Positions 1 through 7,823 of a DNA stretch of 41,391 nt are shown in pieces. The notes beneath the pieces are model-generated. The model was not told the DNA's origin. It saw only the letters and a program-made list of their open reading frames with translations, and searched no databases. Positions within the stretch are counted from its first letter, which is position 1, and each line of letters opens with the position of its first letter. Location: positions 1-41,391 of the IMG/VR virus record IMGVR_UViG_3300033076_000709. The stretch is one strand, 5' to 3'. The DNA comes from a virus. Lineage: Duplodnaviria; Caudoviricetes. The translations under genes were made by a program, and so were the position numbers.

Positions 1-225
1 ACAACGGCGATTTGTATAACATACGCTAACACATTATACAAACGTGCTACCCCACGGTAGCGTCTTTTTAGCCTTTTAAATTCTGTTCAAACAGCAAAAC
101 CGCGGCAATTTGCGATCTTCGTCCTGTCAAGGATAGTTGCTGAGTGCTCACTAGCGCGGTGAGTCTTCCGTCCCTGTGATCCGAGATCCAGGTCTAGGGC
201 ACACGATCTTGGCTTGTGCGGGCCA
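1..225 (-). ncRNA. Candidate structured non-coding RNA, family unassigned, probably continuing past the window edge
   Basis: ORF-free and directly downstream of the minus-strand operon. Stems at 11-42 (14 bp, four G-U pairs possible only on the minus strand), 46-61, 122-133, 147-163 and 173-192; long-range complementarity 92-97/137-142 and 99-104/155-160. Confidence 0.55.
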
Positions 226-237
226 TAACTGCTTGAT

Positions 238-1281
238 TTAGATTATAATTTCTGCCCATTCGGGCATGTAATTTACGATGCTGGTGTTACGTTGATTGTC
301 CCATTGCTTGATAAAATTAAGCAATGAATCTGTGTTGCCTGGTCCGTCGACTAGTGATCTAAAGTTTGAGTCTACTTTTGATTTTAAGAGGTCTGGTAGA
401 TTTTTTGGGTCAAGTTGTGGCCAAAATGCTACTAAGTTAATATTGTTGATTGTGTAATTGTGCTTGCTACAAAAATCGTAAAGTTCGTGAATTCTATGAA
501 TGTTTAGTGCTGATATTGTTGGTAAAATACTTATGTCTGTTATGTCGTTGAGTGATTTTAAGTTGTCAGTAATTTGATCAAAGTTGCTACCCCATCGAAT
601 ATAGTCGTTTGCTTTTCCGGCTGCGTCTATACTCACAGTGAATACCACTTTTTTAAATTTTTTAATTTTGGCAATAAGCTGCTTGTTTACAATGGTTCCG
701 TTTGTTATTATGAATAGTGTTATGTGTTCTGCTGCATGATTATCTATTAAAAAATCCAAAAGGCACAAGAAATCCTTGCTAAACAACGGTTCCCCGCCGA
801 GGACGTCGATATACTCTAGTTGTTCGTGATTCTCTCGTATCCATTGATCTGCTGCCCAATCATACAACATATCTTTCTGTTTTTTCTCTGGCATAATCCA
901 GGTTGTGTTATTCTTCCAAAGATTTTCGTATGTTGTGCTAACGGTGCTAAAACAACTCATGCAACTTATGTTACATGTTTTGCCAGTGATTAATTTTATC
1001 TGTGTTATTTTAGATGGCTCGTGTAGTTGTCGGGTTAACGATTCTAGTCTAAGACTTGGTTTGTTGTTATCATCAAGTTTCCAGCAGGTACTGCACCCTG
1101 GATCTCGACGATTTTGTAAAAAACTGTTTCTTAACTCTGATAATTCTGTACTGTTCCAGTACTCGTTGATGCTGCTAAAACTTATTTTATTAAAAGTTTG
1201 ATTCATGCAACAAGGTGCGTACTTTTGGTGGTGACGATCCACTGCCATAAAAGGGAAATTACAGAAGTTATCTGAAGTCAT
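238..1281 (-). CDS. Radical SAM protein with an N-terminal Cys-rich (SPASM/twitch-like) domain
   Basis: CNISCMSC (CxxxCxxC), GGEPL, ITNGT and VSID motifs; N-terminal FCNFPF...PCC...CSTCW. Start overlaps the upstream stop (ATGA). Confidence 0.85.
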   Translation of the reverse strand: MTSDNFCNFPFMAVDRHHQKYAPCCMNQTFNKISFSSINEYWNSTELSELRNSFLQNRRDPGCSTCWKLDDNNKPSLRLESLTRQLHEPSKITQIKLITGKTCNISCMSCFSTVSTTYENLWKNNTTWIMPEKKQKDMLYDWAADQWIRENHEQLEYIDVLGGEPLFSKDFLCLLDFLIDNHAAEHITLFIITNGTIVNKQLIAKIKKFKKVVFTVSIDAAGKANDYIRWGSNFDQITDNLKSLNDITDISILPTISALNIHRIHELYDFCSKHNYTINNINLVAFWPQLDPKNLPDLLKSKVDSNFRSLVDGPGNTDSLLNFIKQWDNQRNTSIVNYMPEWAEIII

Positions 1282-2375
1282 GATACCAAATGAAGATACT
1301 CAGCTGATGCTGCTTTTCGGACTGCAATATCGGTATTGCAGGTACAACTGTTACGTTGACAAATTGTTGGCTGTGTGGCTGTTCCTATATTAACATCTGA
1401 TATATGTCCAATAGGGCCGTTGTTTAAACAAAGCCCGGCATATATAGACCCGTCAAACTCAACCTGTAGTTGATCCACACCAGCGAAACAAATCCAGTTT
1501 TTAAATTTATTTTTAGACTCTGCTACAATTAAATCTGTGTTTACTTCTTTATAACTGTTGTCGTTATGCCAAATCCCGGCGTTGACCCAGTTTGCATCGC
1601 TGTTGAATTCTACTAGCAACTTTAGTTCATCAGGAGTATAGTAAGATTCAGGAACAAGTTCAACAGTTGAGTCTTGATATTTTTGTTTTAAAATTGATTG
1701 TATCGGGATCGTTTGCAATTCACGAGATTTTTTATCGTCGGTGTTATTAACAAACGGTAACAACGTGGGTTCGTCAGCTGCCCAGGTAATTCTCCGTAGC
1801 ACGACCCAGATATTGTTTTCTCTCAGAAGATCAATGATCTGACGATAACGGTCAATGCGACCGGTTGCAAACATTAAATTTACAGCAATTTGGGTTGATG
1901 TTGATTTTGCTAATGCAATAATTTTGTCAATGGTTTGATCGATTTCTTTATCACTACGCTCGGGGTGTAGAGAAATTGTTATCCCAGTCAGCAGATCGGC
2001 AACGCTGAGATATGTTGAAAGAGGTAAGCTACCGTTAGTGACCACATTTACTTGGGTAGACACACCTGTGAGATTTATTGTTTTTAGTAGTGGAATAAAT
2101 CCAGGATCGATAAACGGTTCACCACCGGTGAAGATCCATTTAATCTGTTGGTTTTTATTTTTAACGTTGTTAGAAATATTTTTTATAAACTCTATAGCAG
2201 ACTTTTGATTGATAAATGGGCTAACCGCATCGTGAATATGCGGACTGCAATAACTGCAATCATAATTGCAACGTTTTCCTAAAAACCAATTGATACTTAT
2301 AACAGTTGGCGGAATGTTAATTGCATGATCTGGGCATTGCAGAGATCTAATTGCAACTATGTTGTTATTTGACAT
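1278..2375 (-). CDS. Radical SAM protein with a C-terminal SPASM/twitch-type auxiliary Fe-S domain
   Basis: CNYDCSYC, TGGEPF and VTNGS motifs; C-terminal WICFAG...DGSIYAGLC...CQRNSCTCNTD. Confidence 0.88.
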   Translation of the reverse strand: MSNNNIVAIRSLQCPDHAINIPPTVISINWFLGKRCNYDCSYCSPHIHDAVSPFINQKSAIEFIKNISNNVKNKNQQIKWIFTGGEPFIDPGFIPLLKTINLTGVSTQVNVVTNGSLPLSTYLSVADLLTGITISLHPERSDKEIDQTIDKIIALAKSTSTQIAVNLMFATGRIDRYRQIIDLLRENNIWVVLRRITWAADEPTLLPFVNNTDDKKSRELQTIPIQSILKQKYQDSTVELVPESYYTPDELKLLVEFNSDANWVNAGIWHNDNSYKEVNTDLIVAESKNKFKNWICFAGVDQLQVEFDGSIYAGLCLNNGPIGHISDVNIGTATQPTICQRNSCTCNTDIAVRKAASAEYLHLVS

Positions 2376-2381
2376 ACACGA

Positions 2382-2813
2382 TTATAATTTTTTGTTGATT
2401 ATGTGACTACCATGCACACGAACTTGAATGTGTCCGTTATACCAATCTTTTGATTCTAGTACTTTGCGTGAAAATTGTTCTCTTGCTTCGATATAGCTGC
2501 ACTCTGATTTAGATGCGCAGTAATAAAGTATTTCTCTTTTAAAATTGTCTTTGCCTAACAGTTCTACATCTTTGGTTAGTTCAGGCGAGCTACCGTAGTA
2601 GTCTCTCCAGTCTGAATCAACTTTGGTTCGAACCTTTTTCTTTTTCTTTGTGCCGTTTTTTAGTTTAACTGTTTTCTGAGTTGTTCGAGAAAATTTTGCT
2701 AGTTTTTTACCGATGTACTTACGGTTATTGGTGATGTTAGTAATCATGTAGACAAACCCCACACACTCTTCGGGTAGTTCTAAAACTAGTTGATCTTGAT
2801 AAGTCCATGTCAT
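2382..2813 (-). CDS. Stand-alone GIY-YIG family endonuclease of the type common in T4-like phages
   Basis: GFVYMITNITNNRKYIGKK (GIY-YIG motif), DWRDYYGSS, conserved Glu in SYIEAREQ, WYN; no NUMOD tail. Confidence 0.85.
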   Translation of the reverse strand: MTWTYQDQLVLELPEECVGFVYMITNITNNRKYIGKKLAKFSRTTQKTVKLKNGTKKKKKVRTKVDSDWRDYYGSSPELTKDVELLGKDNFKREILYYCASKSECSYIEAREQFSRKVLESKDWYNGHIQVRVHGSHIINKKL

Positions 2814-2831
2814 GTATGATAGTTATCATGA

Positions 2832-3845
2832 TTACCACAAAGTAGCGTATTTTTCGTCCACTAATGAGCTTTTGCATTTGGTTTGGCATTCCTGCCACTT
2901 GAATGTTTGAAACTCAGTTGCCCAGAAAGGATCTGCTAATACATCGGTTAGTGTTCTTGTTTTTAAGTTGAAGTTGTTTGCTATTCTTTGCCAGTCGGAA
3001 TTGTGATTGTATCTATTTGCTACCCAACAGCACGGGAATAACCTACCACGGGCATCAACATACAATCCTTTATTGCCTATTTCACATAACGGTGTTACGC
3101 CATTACGACTTTTGGTTTGATGGAATAATTTGTTGTTTGTAAATGGTATTTCTGTCCAGGTGCTGCGTTCAGATAATGGTACAACGTCTCGTTCAAATCT
3201 GTGACTGCTACTAACATATTGTACACTAGGTTGTAACGGATCGCTAGAGCCATAGGACGGATACACACTACCAAACTTTGTGCTCTTGGTCAGTTGAAAC
3301 ACATCAACACCCAGTTGTTTTGCAAACTCCTGCATGAATTCCAACTTGTGCTCATTGAACTTAAATGCAATTGCTGCCCATACAATTTTACAATGGCTAG
3401 TAGCTCGCAATGTTTGTAATCCTGCGATGATGCTATCATAATCACTGTTAACACGATACAAGTTGTTGCTATCGTTATCGTATCCGTCTATGCTAAAATG
3501 CACAGTATCGTCGCTGTCTAAGACCTTGCCTAAATCAAGCCACCAGGTGAGCTTCTTGTGTGACCCGTTGGTGATGATCACAATTTCCACAGGCTTGATA
3601 TCTTTGAGATATTGAATTACTGGAATTAGATCATGAGCGTAAATAGGATCTCCGTCATCGCCACAAAATGTGATCTTCTCTACATTTGCCTTTACAAATT
3701 CGGGAGTGAAGTTGCGTTTAAAAAATTCTAGATCTAACTCTGTATTAACAAGTCCTTCGGGTACTTCTTGACGAGCACATCGAGGGCATGCCAATGTGCA
3801 TTTGCTAGATATCTCGATGTGGAAGTGCCAGGTTGCTAATGTCAT
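2832..3845 (-). CDS. Radical SAM protein with a C-terminal twitch-like domain
   Basis: CTLACPRC, FCGDDGDP, ITNGS and FSIDG motifs; C-terminal PLC...GRLFPCCW...CQTKC. Confidence 0.88.
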   Translation of the reverse strand: MTLATWHFHIEISSKCTLACPRCARQEVPEGLVNTELDLEFFKRNFTPEFVKANVEKITFCGDDGDPIYAHDLIPVIQYLKDIKPVEIVIITNGSHKKLTWWLDLGKVLDSDDTVHFSIDGYDNDSNNLYRVNSDYDSIIAGLQTLRATSHCKIVWAAIAFKFNEHKLEFMQEFAKQLGVDVFQLTKSTKFGSVYPSYGSSDPLQPSVQYVSSSHRFERDVVPLSERSTWTEIPFTNNKLFHQTKSRNGVTPLCEIGNKGLYVDARGRLFPCCWVANRYNHNSDWQRIANNFNLKTRTLTDVLADPFWATEFQTFKWQECQTKCKSSLVDEKYATLW

Positions 3846-5923
3846 GTTATGTCTACATCTGTATTATACTGTGTAAAGCCGTTTTCTTTGACCACTTTGA
3901 GAATATTCTCCACACGCCCAGCAAGTTCGTCTTTGTGACTCACTAACCAAATTGACTTGTGTCGTTCTCGACTCATGTGTTTCAACAAGCTCAGGCCGTT
4001 TTCTACACCTTGTGTGTCTAAACCATTGTCCATGAGTTCGTCAATGAACAGCAGGTTGATAGGATGATACAGTGATTCCCATACGTCACGGAATGCCCAG
4101 CTCATACTCAAGATTAGTCGTGTTCTTTCACCTCGACTCAAGTTATCAAAGTCCAGTTCGCGGCCCAGTTCTTCAATACTCACTGAAAGATCGTTGTTAA
4201 ACTTCACAGTGTGCGGCAAGCCAATGCGATCCAAGTAATGTGTCATACGTTGATTGAGATAACTCAGATTCTGATCAATAATCTTCTTGCGAACAAAACT
4301 ATCCTTGGAAGTTAGCAGCTTGAGCAAGAATTCTTGATGCTCTTGCACACGAGTCAGTTCATTGATAGTGTCGTAGTTTACAGTTTGAAGAGCTTGTTTT
4401 TGCATCTCGTCAATTTGTTCTGTATACGGATCCTTCTCGTCGCCCTTCTTGGCAATTTGATCCAATAAGTTGTTTACTCGACTACGATGTTCAATTGCTT
4501 CTGCTTCGGTGTCATAATGTGTTGCAGGTTGCGGCGGCACAACTACAGCTTCCAATTCGTCTAGTTGTTCTGAGAATGGATTGGTTTCTGCTTCTTTGGA
4601 ATCCAATGCTGCCTTTAAACTGTCGAGTTCACTAGAATGACGAATGGCCTCAGCTTCTGTTTTGTAGTGTGTTGACGGCTTTGTACCTAGCTCGCCCAAT
4701 GCTTTTAGTGCATCTGTATTTTCGATCCACTGGGTGTTGGTAGCAAGTAATTGAAGAGCTGCTTCTTGTAGAGCTTTTTCTTTTGCTGCCAACACTGACT
4801 CATGATTGGTGTCGTGAAAGTCTTGCCCGCAAGCATAACACTTGTGATTCTTTAGTTCTTCAACTTCCGCTCGGAGTTTATCTACAAGTTTGGTTTCTTT
4901 AGCTTCGTCTGCAACACAGCGAGCAATGAGTTTTTCTAACTCTGCAATGTCTTTGGCTTTTTGATTGTATGCAGTTAACGCTGCCCACGCCGATAGCTCA
5001 GTTTCGATGTTGATTCGATTTTTGTCTAAATAAGCACGTCCGGCTGCTGCCACTTCTGCTGTGTGTTTTTGCCTCCATGCCGTTTCTCTAGCAACCAGTG
5101 CGTTATAAGCATCAGCCTGTTGTTTCTTTACATTCCAAACGGTTAAGTCACGGTGAGACTGCAATTCGACTTCAATATCAATTTTTGCCAATTCGTCATA
5201 CTGTGCTGCCAAATATGCTAGGTCGCTATCAACTTTCTTTTGCCACAGTCCACTACGACGCTTTAGACTTTCGATTTGTTCTTCGATGCGAGAGTTTGCT
5301 TCTTGTACGGCTCTAACGCGGAACTCTTCTTGAGAAATAGCATCTTTGGTTTGTTTGTTTAGTTCTTTGATCTTGTCTGCACGTTCTGAAAGTAGCGTAA
5401 TGCCCAACAACTGTTCGATGATAGTTCGTTGATCATTGGCTTTTAAACTTAGAAACGGTTCGGTGTATGTGTTAAGTGCAAGAACATGTTTGAACATGTC
5501 GTGGCTCATGCCTAGAATACGCTCAATTGCTTCTTGTGTTTCTTTGTTCTCGCCTTGTGCTTCGTCTGTTGCTGTTTGTTCTTCGTGATTCACATAGAAC
5601 TTTAAAACATTTGGCTTACGACCGCGTTCGATTTTATATTCTTTGTTGTTAACACTAAACTCCAGGCTCACTAACATGTTCTTGCCGTTGGTTTTGTTTA
5701 CTAAGTTATCCTTTCGGATGTTGCTTAAGGCGTTGCCGTAAAGTGCATAACTTAACGCATTGATAATAGTAGTCTTGCCTGTACCGTTTCGAGAGCCATC
5801 GCCACCTAAGTCCAAGTTCTCGCCTAGTACTAGTGTTAGGTCATTGCGGTCAAAGTTAATACCTTGTGTGGCATTGCCTACACTCATAAAGTTCTTAACA
5901 GTTAAATTTTTAAATTTGATCAT
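3842..5923 (-). CDS. gp46: Recombination endonuclease ATPase subunit (T4 gp46/SbcC/Rad50 family)
   Basis: KNFMSVGN, Walker A NGTGKTT, long coiled coil with central CYAC zinc hook, signature LSRGE, Walker B LLFIDE, D-loop GLD, VSH switch; coupled to a gp47-like gene. Confidence 0.95.
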   Translation of the reverse strand: MIKFKNLTVKNFMSVGNATQGINFDRNDLTLVLGENLDLGGDGSRNGTGKTTIINALSYALYGNALSNIRKDNLVNKTNGKNMLVSLEFSVNNKEYKIERGRKPNVLKFYVNHEEQTATDEAQGENKETQEAIERILGMSHDMFKHVLALNTYTEPFLSLKANDQRTIIEQLLGITLLSERADKIKELNKQTKDAISQEEFRVRAVQEANSRIEEQIESLKRRSGLWQKKVDSDLAYLAAQYDELAKIDIEVELQSHRDLTVWNVKKQQADAYNALVARETAWRQKHTAEVAAAGRAYLDKNRINIETELSAWAALTAYNQKAKDIAELEKLIARCVADEAKETKLVDKLRAEVEELKNHKCYACGQDFHDTNHESVLAAKEKALQEAALQLLATNTQWIENTDALKALGELGTKPSTHYKTEAEAIRHSSELDSLKAALDSKEAETNPFSEQLDELEAVVVPPQPATHYDTEAEAIEHRSRVNNLLDQIAKKGDEKDPYTEQIDEMQKQALQTVNYDTINELTRVQEHQEFLLKLLTSKDSFVRKKIIDQNLSYLNQRMTHYLDRIGLPHTVKFNNDLSVSIEELGRELDFDNLSRGERTRLILSMSWAFRDVWESLYHPINLLFIDELMDNGLDTQGVENGLSLLKHMSRERHKSIWLVSHKDELAGRVENILKVVKENGFTQYNTDVDIT

Positions 5924-6933
5924 AGGTTCCGATAGATTTGGAGCAGTAATTTATTGTCGTAGAAGTCAGACTCGATGTTAGTAAGTTGGTCAGTAACAAT
6001 CTGATCCACAGATTCAAACTTAATTTCTCCTGGCGCCATGTCTTCGTCTACACCTGCTGCCTTGTTAGGAATTAGTGCCATCTCACGAAGTTCGTAAGTT
6101 TTGATAAATGTTTCTTTGATGAAGTTGGCTTCTTCGTAACTGATCTCAATGTCTAGATTGACACGAACATGCATTTTGGGCTTAAGAAGAGTTGCAGCGT
6201 TATCAATAAGGTTGGCGAGCCCGTAAACCCTATAGGTCGGTTGAGCAGGCCAAGCATGAAAAGTAGTCTCTCCTCCCCACTCCAGTATAGTGAGTCCTCG
6301 TTCGTCGTCGCCAGCATCTGCATAATTGTGAGGGAACGCATTACCGATGTAGGTAATATTCTTTTTAGTTTGTCTCTTGTGGAAGTGCCCAGTGTACACA
6401 TGCCCAAATCCCCCAAGACTATCTCTTTGCAATTCCCCATGATCTGGCATCTCCACCATAGCGTTCATTAAGTAACCGGGCAGCTCGAAGTGCCCAAACA
6501 AATACTGACCTTTTAGTTTGGCCAGTTTCTTATGATCGTCCCCACATAGCCAAGGAGCAATAGTGACATTACCGTCGCTGAACCAATCATTGCAGATTTC
6601 CACATTAGGGAGGTGCTTTGCCCATTCTACGCTTTGAATGTCACGTTTATCGCGATAGTATAAATCGTGGTTACCAGGGATAAAATACACACGTTCAAAA
6701 TTGTCATTGAGGTGTTCCAGTGCTTGTAGGCTGTAGTTTAGTGTGACTAAATTTAAGCTGGCACGATTGTTGTGCCAGTCCCCAAGAAACAAACAGGTCT
6801 CGCAACCTTCCTCTCTTGCTTTTTGCGTAGCCCATTTGACAAACGCCAAACAGTCCTCGTTGTGCAAGGTACTGTTTGACTTCAAACCAAAGTGGATATC
6901 GGTAAAGATTGCAGCTTTTTTAAATAGATTCAT
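5920..6933 (-). CDS. gp47: Recombination endonuclease nuclease subunit (T4 gp47/SbcD/Mre11 family)
   Basis: Metallophosphoesterase motifs TDIHFG, LGDW, GNHD, GHFE and GHFH; lies between gp55-like and gp46-like genes as in T4. Confidence 0.95.
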   Translation of the reverse strand: MNLFKKAAIFTDIHFGLKSNSTLHNEDCLAFVKWATQKAREEGCETCLFLGDWHNNRASLNLVTLNYSLQALEHLNDNFERVYFIPGNHDLYYRDKRDIQSVEWAKHLPNVEICNDWFSDGNVTIAPWLCGDDHKKLAKLKGQYLFGHFELPGYLMNAMVEMPDHGELQRDSLGGFGHVYTGHFHKRQTKKNITYIGNAFPHNYADAGDDERGLTILEWGGETTFHAWPAQPTYRVYGLANLIDNAATLLKPKMHVRVNLDIEISYEEANFIKETFIKTYELREMALIPNKAAGVDEDMAPGEIKFESVDQIVTDQLTNIESDFYDNKLLLQIYRNL

Positions 6934-7823
6934 ACAGGATATAGTAGTTCCTTTAATTGTATACTATTGGTTGGGAATATGTCAAGTCCATGACATCGAA
7001 TTTCGAGTCCGCGGTTTCTCAATTCCCATTGGATCCACACTTCGCTAGGTAACGTTAACGGAGACCACTCAAGCTCGGTATTTGTTAGAGTCGATTCGAT
7101 AATACTGTTACAAATCCGATCGTGGTCTATGTACTGTTGCAATTGTAAATTTTTCTTATGGAATGGGACTAGCTGTTCAATTGGCGTTTGGTAGTTAAGA
7201 TTACAAAAGTCTTTGATTTTCGATAATGTATTTTCAAAATCGAATAGCAGTTCGGAAACCGTGATCCGCATTAAGTTTGGGAGTTGATGCTCTGATTGAC
7301 GGTCCCACTCAATTTGGTCAAACCAAGCTGGCATCAAATAGTAACTTAAAAATTCACGCATGACCCAGACTGGAATTTGATCTAACTGGGTACCAATCGG
7401 AACTGGCCAATTGCTATAAATTTTCATCAAGTCAATTTCTTCATCAAATTGTCGAGCCAACCAATTGTCCCATATCTTAAAGAAAAAATTATTAATGCCC
7501 AACAAGATTCTGTCCTGATCAGGATAAAGATAAACAATGGATTGTGCATCTTTGCCAATCTCGGCTAAGTTAGACACAATGCGTTCATCCTTTGTTGTTT
7601 TTGGATGTAGCCTGACAAACTTGTAACGAGAGCCACTATTAATGTAGCGCCGCCATCCTTGCATGTTGATTAAATGTTTGCCGTGGAATGCATGACTATT
7701 CCCAACGGTAGTAAATGGTTCTTGAATATCGCCATTGCTTACTAATGTAGTAAGACACCATTCAAGGTAGGTCCCGTAGGACCCACTGTTGAACACTATA
7801 GCAGTGGTAGTGTTTTTATTCAC
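6930..7823 (-). CDS. Hypothetical protein, possibly sulfotransferase/P-loop-like fold
   Basis: Likely GTG start at 7823 overlapping the gp55 stop (GTGAATAA), rather than the track start at 7859. N-terminal strand-loop-helix AIVFNSGSYGTYLEWCL; later ITVSELLFDFENTLSKIKDFCNL resembles the sulfotransferase 'YEDL..D....L..I..FL' segment. Confidence 0.5.
   Translation of the reverse strand: MNKNTTTAIVFNSGSYGTYLEWCLTTLVSNGDIQEPFTTVGNSHAFHGKHLINMQGWRRYINSGSRYKFVRLHPKTTKDERIVSNLAEIGKDAQSIVYLYPDQDRILLGINNFFFKIWDNWLARQFDEEIDLMKIYSNWPVPIGTQLDQIPVWVMREFLSYYLMPAWFDQIEWDRQSEHQLPNLMRITVSELLFDFENTLSKIKDFCNLNYQTPIEQLVPFHKKNLQLQQYIDHDRICNSIIESTLTNTELEWSPLTLPSEVWIQWELRNRGLEIRCHGLDIFPTNSIQLKELLYPV
6956..6985 (-). 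promoter_or_regulatory. Sigma70-like promoter for gp47/gp46, embedded in the upstream CDS
   Basis: TTGACA (6985-6980), 18-nt spacer, TACAAT (6961-6956), 22 nt before the gp47 ATG. Confidence 0.5.

Noticed and set aside
1-225. tRNA, CRISPR array or simple terminator as the explanation for this region
   Set aside because: No cloverleaf or TTCGA T-arm, no direct repeat-spacer pattern, and far more pairing than a single terminator needs.
4390-5185. Intein explaining the extra length of gp46
   Set aside because: No intein terminal or LAGLIDADG motifs; internal coiled-coil repeats account for most of the extra length.
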